DNA of 64,000 nt. Source: Epiperipatus broadwayi. Lineage: Eukaryota; Animalia; Onychophora. This document shows, piece by piece, positions 56,501 through 64,000 of the stretch. Numbering within the stretch: the first letter of the stretch is position 1; each line of letters begins with the position of its first letter. The stretch spans positions 868,001-932,000 of the forward strand of contig JAQFVV010000009.1 of NCBI GenBank assembly GCA_028023455.1, given 5' to 3'. The position numbers were made by a program, and so were the translations under genes. The notes under the pieces are model-generated. The model saw only the letters and a list, made by a program, of their open reading frames with translations. It ran no database searches and had not been told where the DNA came from.

Positions 56501-59347
56501 AAGATTTATTAAAATTCATTTCAATAAAAAAAAAGACTGAAATTAAATGCAAGCACTATAATTGAGAAACCAATAATTCTTTTATCCATTTAAACACCTA
56601 ATTTAAGCTTACAATAAATATGTATTTTAATTAAACTATAAAACGCATACACAAAAACTAACCTTTGTTAAAATCATCTCATTAATTGTGATATAATGCC
56701 TATACACTACAACAATATGAGGGAAATATCATCGGAGAGATTAGACACGAGCAGGATATAAATAATCTAAATCATAATCACAAACTTGATATTCAAAGTC
56801 ATCAAAAATTACTTTCTATAGAACATCCTCATTTTGATAATAGGAAAAGTATAAAACCAATGAGCTTCTCCAAATAGAGATTTAAAAAAATCTCATCAGC
56901 TGAACAACCTGTGTAAAGTTTTAGCAAAGAAATTGCACTCGCAGTCCAAATAGAAATTCCACCCAACATTAAGGTGATAGATTAATAGAAATAACTCTTT
57001 GGACATTCAGAAAAGGAATAAAAAGCACATAGATTCAAATCTAGTGAACTGAAGGATTCGAAAGTGAAATCTCCAAAATTAAATTCAAATTATTCAACGT
57101 TTCCAAAGTATTTCTAATTTTAAACCGGAGATTGAACTAATTTAATTAAGGATATCTATCAGTAAAAATATTGCTTTAATTAACTTCATTCAAGATATTC
57201 TAATATAAAAATAACAATATAGACAACTATGCATTACTAATTGCAAAATGACATCGGGGAAGAAAGTAGTCACCCATGAAACTATAATTATCAAAACTGA
57301 GGTGAAATTGACCTAGCATTTATCATTTATACTGTGAAATATCAAATTTACTATTAATAAATGAATCGAATAACTCTACATTTCAAAGCAGGATTTCTAA
57401 GGAGAAAAATTATAATGACATAATGGATGTTCTAGAATACCCAAATTTTACCAATCTATCCCCAGAATGGATTAATAGAGATGATTATAATATTTTACTA
57501 GGACATTTTCATTATGAACTTTCAATTACATTTAGGTTAATGTCATAAATTTTATTTATTTATATATTTTGTGTAAATATCTTTGTTAATCTCTTTCCTT
57601 TAATATGAATGAAAAGGTGGGACATAAGTTGTCAATATGCAATAGAAGGAATAAATATTATTTGCATTATTGTAAATTAAAATATAGATTATGATGAGAA
57701 CTTGCTTGCTTACAAGTCCAATCATCATCAAAGGAAAGATAAGATTTTATCTTAATATATATGAGTTTCCAACATTTTTATGATGACATTGTTACTTATA
57801 TATATTTGTTTGTTAATATTAATATTTTAATTAAATATTTTCCATGTATCTGTCTAATTATTTCTGGTATAAATGATCTTTCCTGTCTTTATCATAATTA
57901 AACATTATAGCAGGGGGAGGTCCCATATTATCAATAGATAATTTATACAAGTAGTCTGTCAAGTTAATGAAAATAAAATTAAATTATCATTTTAATATAA
58001 TTTAACAAGCAAGAATGATTTAAATAATCATAAGTTAGAAAATAAATTTAATTTTGTGTTTATAAGGACATCAAATGGTTATTCTTTGTAGGAAACAAAG
58101 AATTGGAGCAATAATTGAAATAAACATAATAAAAGAATATCCATCAATGTTAAATTAAATAGTTTATATTTTGTTATAAATTTTATTACTAAACTTATGT
58201 TTATTGTAAATATACTTGCTAAATATATATACCTTTAAATCAAAAGTTATCATATTTTCCTATATTTAGTTCTCAATTTATTATATATTCTTACACACTT
58301 ACATACATTCTTATCCATTTCCACATACCCTCATACCCTCACACATGTTTACACATACTCACGTATTAAGTGATATTGATATGCTCTGAACTTGAGGACT
58401 ATGCAGATTCTCCATGAGTCTGAAACCTGGAAATAAAAAATGGTAAGAATGAAGTGAGTATGTACATATAGTTGGTCATCTATTTAAGTATTAATCCCTC
58501 ATTTCTCAGGTATGATATCAAAGTGTATGTGGGTAACTTTCCTACCCACTGTAATGATTTAGCTAATCTTATTATACAAGGTAAAATCCTGTTGTGTTAC
58601 TATATATATATAACTTAAATATGTTCCGGTTGGTAATAGATGATTCCATTTTGAGAGATGAGTTGAAACTGATTATGAATATAATCGAAAATATTTCTTT
58701 ATGAGTTTTTATTTATATTATATTAAAAATTGTTTACCATTGTTTGGAAAAAATATTTAAGTTTCGTTATTGTATTATTAATATCAGCGGACATTTGTTT
58801 TGTTTTAATATATATATAAAGTTATTTTTTAAAAAATAGAGTTATATAATTAGTTAGAAAATTTTGCATGTCTAAATTCATATCAACAATAATATCGCAT
58901 AACTTTCTCATATGTTTACCAGAGCAAAATTCTTTATCCTACTTTAATCAATTATTGTGAGTTTGAAGAATCAATCAACACTAACTGGTATAGTGTTATA
59001 ATATCCTTATTCCCAGATTGATATATTACTGCATTATGCTATCTAATATCCATTGAGAACTTTTAAATATAGTGACAATATAAAATTCAGTATAGTGTGT
59101 TTACATATTATTTATAAATGCCATCATTACTTTAGATTTGTCTGAGCTCTGAGTAATAATCTAAAAAATATTTCTATTTTGACATGCTTACTTTGGAACT
59201 GCTAAATATAACTATTTCTTTTTGGCAGAGTAATAGTAAAATAAAGTATAGATCAATTTAGTATGCCTATCTCTTAAGGGTTGTGTCTGTTGTTGTTTTT
59301 GCTATAGTCTCTGAAAATCTAGCATTTATATTGTTGACTACTACTTA

Positions 59348-59470
59348 TGGATGGCTGAAGTCTATCAGCCCATAGCTATTGGTTGGTGTGGGTTTGAAGA
59401 CATGTACTGTAGATTTCCAGATTATAAGGTGTGTGGTTTTAGATCTAGGTCTGAATCCCTGACCTCTCAC
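59348..59470 (+). mobile_element. Diverged family A-like fragment
   Basis: GGCTGAAG..TCAGCCC, GGGTTTGAAGACAT and TTTTAGATCTAG blocks match family A; no recognisable ribozyme core. Confidence 0.45.
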
Positions 59471-60987
59471 TAAGCTTACAGGTATTTGAATCTCACAGAT
59501 GTAATTGTTTCTAATGACTGCAGATTATTTGTAAGTAGCAACTATCTCCAGAAATTTGCTCTATGTGCAGAAATAGTTTTCGATGAATAATGATTAAGTG
59601 AAAAGAATTATGATATAGTCAAGTAACAATGATCATCCAATTGTTGAATGTGGTCAGATTATAAAAATATTCTTGATAAATCTAAAACATCTGCTTTATA
59701 AGCAATTTTGTTTAGTATCTTTGTTTTTTATCATTCTATATGTGTTAACATAATTGAATGCCATTTTATTCTTATTGTTGTAGCCTTTAATTGCAATAAT
59801 ATTTATAATTGAATTTAAATTAATTAATTAGTTTTGGGCATAAAATTGGATATATTGTATGCTATTTTTCTTTTTTGCATTTTTAAAGCAATTTTATTTT
59901 TTTCTGTTTCAGCTATAACTTGAGTCTTTATCAGAAATCATATAAAACATTAAATAGTTCTCTTATAAAGAGTGCAGGATCAGCTGAAATAATTAAAATG
60001 AAATTAAATAGCTTTGAAAATTGAAAAAAAAAAAAAAAGAATTGGTGTATTACACTAAATTGAGTAATAAAGAAATAGGGAAGACATTAAATCATATATT
60101 GAAGCATAAAATTTGGTAATAAAGTTTTGTTTATTAATTAATATTTCTGTTTTAATGGTATTGATTCCATAAACATGTATAATGTTGTAAAAAAAATGTA
60201 ACATCAATGAACTCATATTTTATAAATAACTTTCCTAAAATAATTGAAAAATGTTTTAGGAGTTTTAAGTAAGAACCATAGTTAGAAAAAATATATTCAA
60301 TACACTCATCTAGTAATGAGGACTTTTTAATGGATCAATTGATATTAAAAACAATGAGACTTTCTGGTCATTGCTCTTTGTGAATTTTGAAAACAATATA
60401 AAATCTATATGGGATATTTTATGTTTAAAAAAGTTAAATGTAACATTAACTGTAATATTTTCTCTCTCTTTTTTTTTTTTGAATTGTTTCAAATGAGCAT
60501 ATATTTATTAGTATTTATTTTTAATGGAATCCCAAAGTATTTATAATTAAGAATTTAAATCATTAATGCACTTCTTGTGCCTAATCATAAATATTTTATG
60601 TTTTTAGAGCACCCATATACTGTTGAAAATATAAACAAATATTAAATAATAATTATTGATTTTAGTATCTATAATGTTAGATATATATTCCATATATTAC
60701 ATTTATTTTTAATAATATAAAACCATTTCAAATGTATGCATATTTTTATATTAGTACAGCAGAAATAATAATAAAATAAATAAACATTTACTAACTAATG
60801 TCTTTGCCCTTTGCTTTATTAAACAAAATTTAAATGATAACTATGAAATGACTATTTTAATATCACAGCAAGTAAAAAAGAAATATTTACCAATTATTTT
60901 TTTATATTGCCTTTTTTTGAAATGCACATGAGCTTATATTAATGATACTCTCTCTCCCCTCCCCCATCTCAATTTAAAATACTACTA

Positions 60988-61540
60988 GAGTGGAGAGTGG
61001 TGTGAAAGTCTGTGCTCATATGCCCTATATATTACATATATAGACACAGGTATATAATAAGCCTGTGTTTCAGTTATTACATAGTAGAGATGTCTGCCCA
61101 TCCCTTGTATATGTATTAAATGGATTATATCCTGTACATGAGGGGTCAGATTGACCTTAGGTTAACATGGGTGTGACAAGAATCTTGGTCTCAAGGTGGT
61201 CTTTGAGTGTTCCATCATCAGATTTTCAATTGGATGGATGGTTGAAGAGATGGAGTGAGGAGTGGATTGAAGCCTGTCCATTAAAGTATGAAGATTGGCT
61301 ATCTTAATATATATCTGAGCACTTATAGCATATATGTGTAGAAATGGTAATCTGGACCAACTGATGATTGCTGGTTTAGCATGAAATACATATATTGGTG
61401 ATTATTTATCTTTTGACATATATGTGTTCAAGTGTATCAGTATTATGAGATAGAGTGGTGGGTGGTGTGAAAGTCTGTGCTCATATGCCCTATATATTAC
61501 ATATATAGACATAGGTAAATAATAAGCCTGTGTTTCAGTT
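60988..61540 (+). mobile_element. Family D: one unit (about 465 bp) plus about 88 bp terminal redundancy
   Basis: 10-bp TSD AATACTACTA (60978-60987, 61541-61550). 60988-61077 is repeated at about 61452-61540. Confidence 0.85.
61356..61399 (+). ncRNA. Type I hammerhead ribozyme, family D, core intact
   Basis: ACCAA-CTGATGA-TTGCTG GTT TAGCAT-GAAA-TACATA-TA-TTGGT; T/T mismatch at the base of stem II. Confidence 0.7.
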
Positions 61541-61989
61541 AATACTACTACAGATGTAATAAATTTTCAATTCAGAATATATATATATATGTACTATGTT
61601 TTAGTATCCATTAGAACCATAGAAATACATTAACAATTTTTATTAGTCATTCATTAGACTAGAGATTATTCAATAATGAATTTTTAACACCTTGCGTGAG
61701 AGTGGTGTAGTGAAATTTACACTACAGAAATACATGATACAGAAATATGCATATACTGTATTGGTTTCTAAACTTTTTTGCCATTTCTCATTGACAAATC
61801 AGAGTCCTAATCCAATATTCTCCACATCAACATTTATATTTTGTTAATAATAATAAATCTTATTTCTTTATGTTTTAAATCTTATAATTTATAAATATAA
61901 TAACTATTTATATCATCCTTTTTTTTTGAACATTTAGAAAAGATTTAACTTCTCCATCCCAACTTTTCTTATTTTGTTACAAGTTTAAA

Positions 61990-62226
61990 GTAAACATCAC
62001 ATGATTACCATCTCTTATGCTAGCACATAACTGTTATTAAAGAGGCAAAACTCAGTGCTCTCTGATCCAAGGCTCCTCACTGGCAAAAGCCACAAGCCAG
62101 AAACTAGTCTGGAGATATTGGATGAGTAGGCACTAGATGGGGATTTTATGCACAAGCCTTCTGGCATCCATTGATTACTCTGGTTGGCACAGAGTGGCAC
62201 TACTGTATGGAGAGTTTTGCCTGCTT
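61990..62226. mobile_element. Family C, inverted insertion with decayed hammerhead
   Basis: Family 3' end on - (61990-62052), then a + segment containing CCTCA-CTGGCAA-AAGC CACAA GCCA-GAAA-CTAG-TC-TGGAG (62075-62114). Confidence 0.8.
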
Positions 62227-62546
62227 AATATGTTAAACTATTTTTCGTAAAAAGATATTTTTATTTTATTTTCAACTTTTTATTAAATAAGGTGTACAAA
62301 TAATTAGTGATTTATTCACTAAATGTCTAAATTTTAAATTAAATATAGTTTACTATGTATGTAAACAAAGGGAGTACATCATTTAGATTACTTTTGCCTG
62401 GGGGAGGGGGTGATTTACTCTCTTTATTCAATATATATTTGTGAGTGCAAATAATCTGAGAGAGATGTGAAAAATGTGACACATAAAAGTAAAAAACTGT
62501 TAAACAATTGCAGAATAATAAAATTAACTTTTTTTTTCTTTTTCAG

Positions 62547-63190
62547 GCTTGAAACAAGTATTTAATAGCACATATGAATTTTGGCAAAAAGATCACAAAA
62601 ATGCTCACCATATGAAATGTATCATGTCGCATAAGAAAGTCGATAGTCTTCCTATCAAAAAAAATATATGGTCAATTGATAACCTTCAAGAGACAAAGAA
62701 TTGCGAGTTACAACAAATGAAAAACATGTTGAATTACAGGATGGCTAATGCAGAAGTAAATCAATCGAGATATGAAATGGCAAATACTTTGAGAGGAATA
62801 GGAACAAATTGTGCTGAGCTTGAAAATGATGCATACGACAGAAGTAGTCATAATTCTGATCAAAGTGACTATGAGATTGAGGACGACGATAATGATTATG
62901 TTATGAAAAAATCACAAAGTCTGTACTCTTTGCAAAATATAAATGATTATGAAAAGAATATTAACCCAAAGAAAGAAAATATCACAATACATGTTAAAAT
63001 GCAAATTGCTAACTTTAAATCACCAGGTGGAGACACTGCAATAAAAAGAACTAATTTTGAAAAGAATTTTCGTGACAATTCTGTTATTAAAGATGGTTTA
63101 AATTTTTATGATGATTCTGGAGACAATATAAGATGGGATCAAATTCCAAACGATTATCCAGAAATTGCTAGAAAATCTCGATTAAAATAA
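62547..63190 (+). CDS. Terminal coding exon of an unidentified host gene (C-terminal about 214 aa)
   Basis: Long polypyrimidine tract plus CAG acceptor ending at 62546. 213-codon open frame to TAA at 63188-63190, with protein-like composition, an acidic patch and retained CpGs. AATAAA at 63561. Upstream exons not identified. Confidence 0.8.
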
Positions 63191-64000
63191 ATGGAACTGA
63201 AAAGTACAAAAGTAATAATAACTTAAAGAAATTCAACTTTTTTTTTTTTATTGATCGTAAAAGAATATAGTAATTCTTGAGATAAAATTAAATAACAAAC
63301 TTGTCCCATTAAAAATTGTTATAAATTTTTATCATATGTAAAAAATATGAATATCCAAGCACATATATGGGTATATATACAAATGTCGATATTGGTATAT
63401 ATATGTTAATGACAATTTTTTATTATCTATTTTATTTAATTCATCATAATTAAAGTATACTTTTTTATTTATTTATAAAATGTAAAAGTTGCTAAACAAT
63501 ATTTACTTGTAATACTTTCCATAATATTTTTTTATGTACTATTTACCTAACTTAAAAAATAATAAAGATTAGAACATTTTAAGACCACACCACAGATATT
63601 AAACATTGTGTACATATTTAAAAGTGAGATCTACTATTTAAAATAAACATATACCATAAATTAAAAAAAAAAACTCTGGTAAGAACTTTGCTCTTATCAA
63701 TATATTACCAAGTCCTTGTGTTTCAGTAACCATTTTATAATAGATTTCACAGAGATGTTGAGATTTTTCAATGCTAAAAGTAATATTCAAAGTCTCCTTA
63801 TTCAGTTGACTGTATATATATATTGTATTGTATAGAATACATTGCAGCCTTTTATTCTTATTGATATTATGTCTTATAAATATTCCTATTCTATATGCTG
63901 CTCTATCACTGGTAAGTGCCAAATTCAAAGTCGTTCTAACAATGAAATTAAGAAACTATCAGAGAGAGTGAGAGTAATAACTTCACTTACTGGAACACTT

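Noticed and set aside
63638-63928. 96-aa minus-strand ORF
   Set aside because: TTG start, an in-frame stop shortly upstream and no recognisable motif; cannot be supported as a gene.

Overview
Very AT-rich, strongly CpG-depleted eukaryotic DNA, probably non-coding/intronic sequence of an invertebrate (the taxon is an inference). The only convincing host coding sequence is one terminal exon on + (62547-63190, product not recognised). The rest is a transposon graveyard: a decayed Penelope-like element (PLE; RT plus C-terminal GIY-YIG with a pseudo-LTR, 9.5-12.5 kb, -), a LINE RT remnant (31-32.5 kb, -), a Buster/Charlie-type hAT transposon (42.7-45.5 kb, -), a truncated Ty3/Gypsy element with a tRNA-Lys PBS (46.3-50.7 kb, +), a young TIR element, a solo-LTR-like insertion, a 2.8-kb AT-rich foldback and tRNA-derived SINEs. 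The main discovery is five families (A-E; A and B related) of short non-coding retroelements, about 18 insertions or fragments in the window. Each family carries a minimal type I hammerhead ribozyme motif (CTGANGA...GAAA...NTH) with a (near-)palindromic stem III. Copies occur as partial head-to-tail tandems (about 370-480 bp units in A, B, D), mostly with an inverted 5' segment, and many have 8-16 bp target-site duplications. This is the architecture of PLE-dependent non-LTR retrozymes, and family E joins the motif to a tRNA-derived Pol III head. All RNA structures were folded by eye; catalytic activity and novelty are untested.
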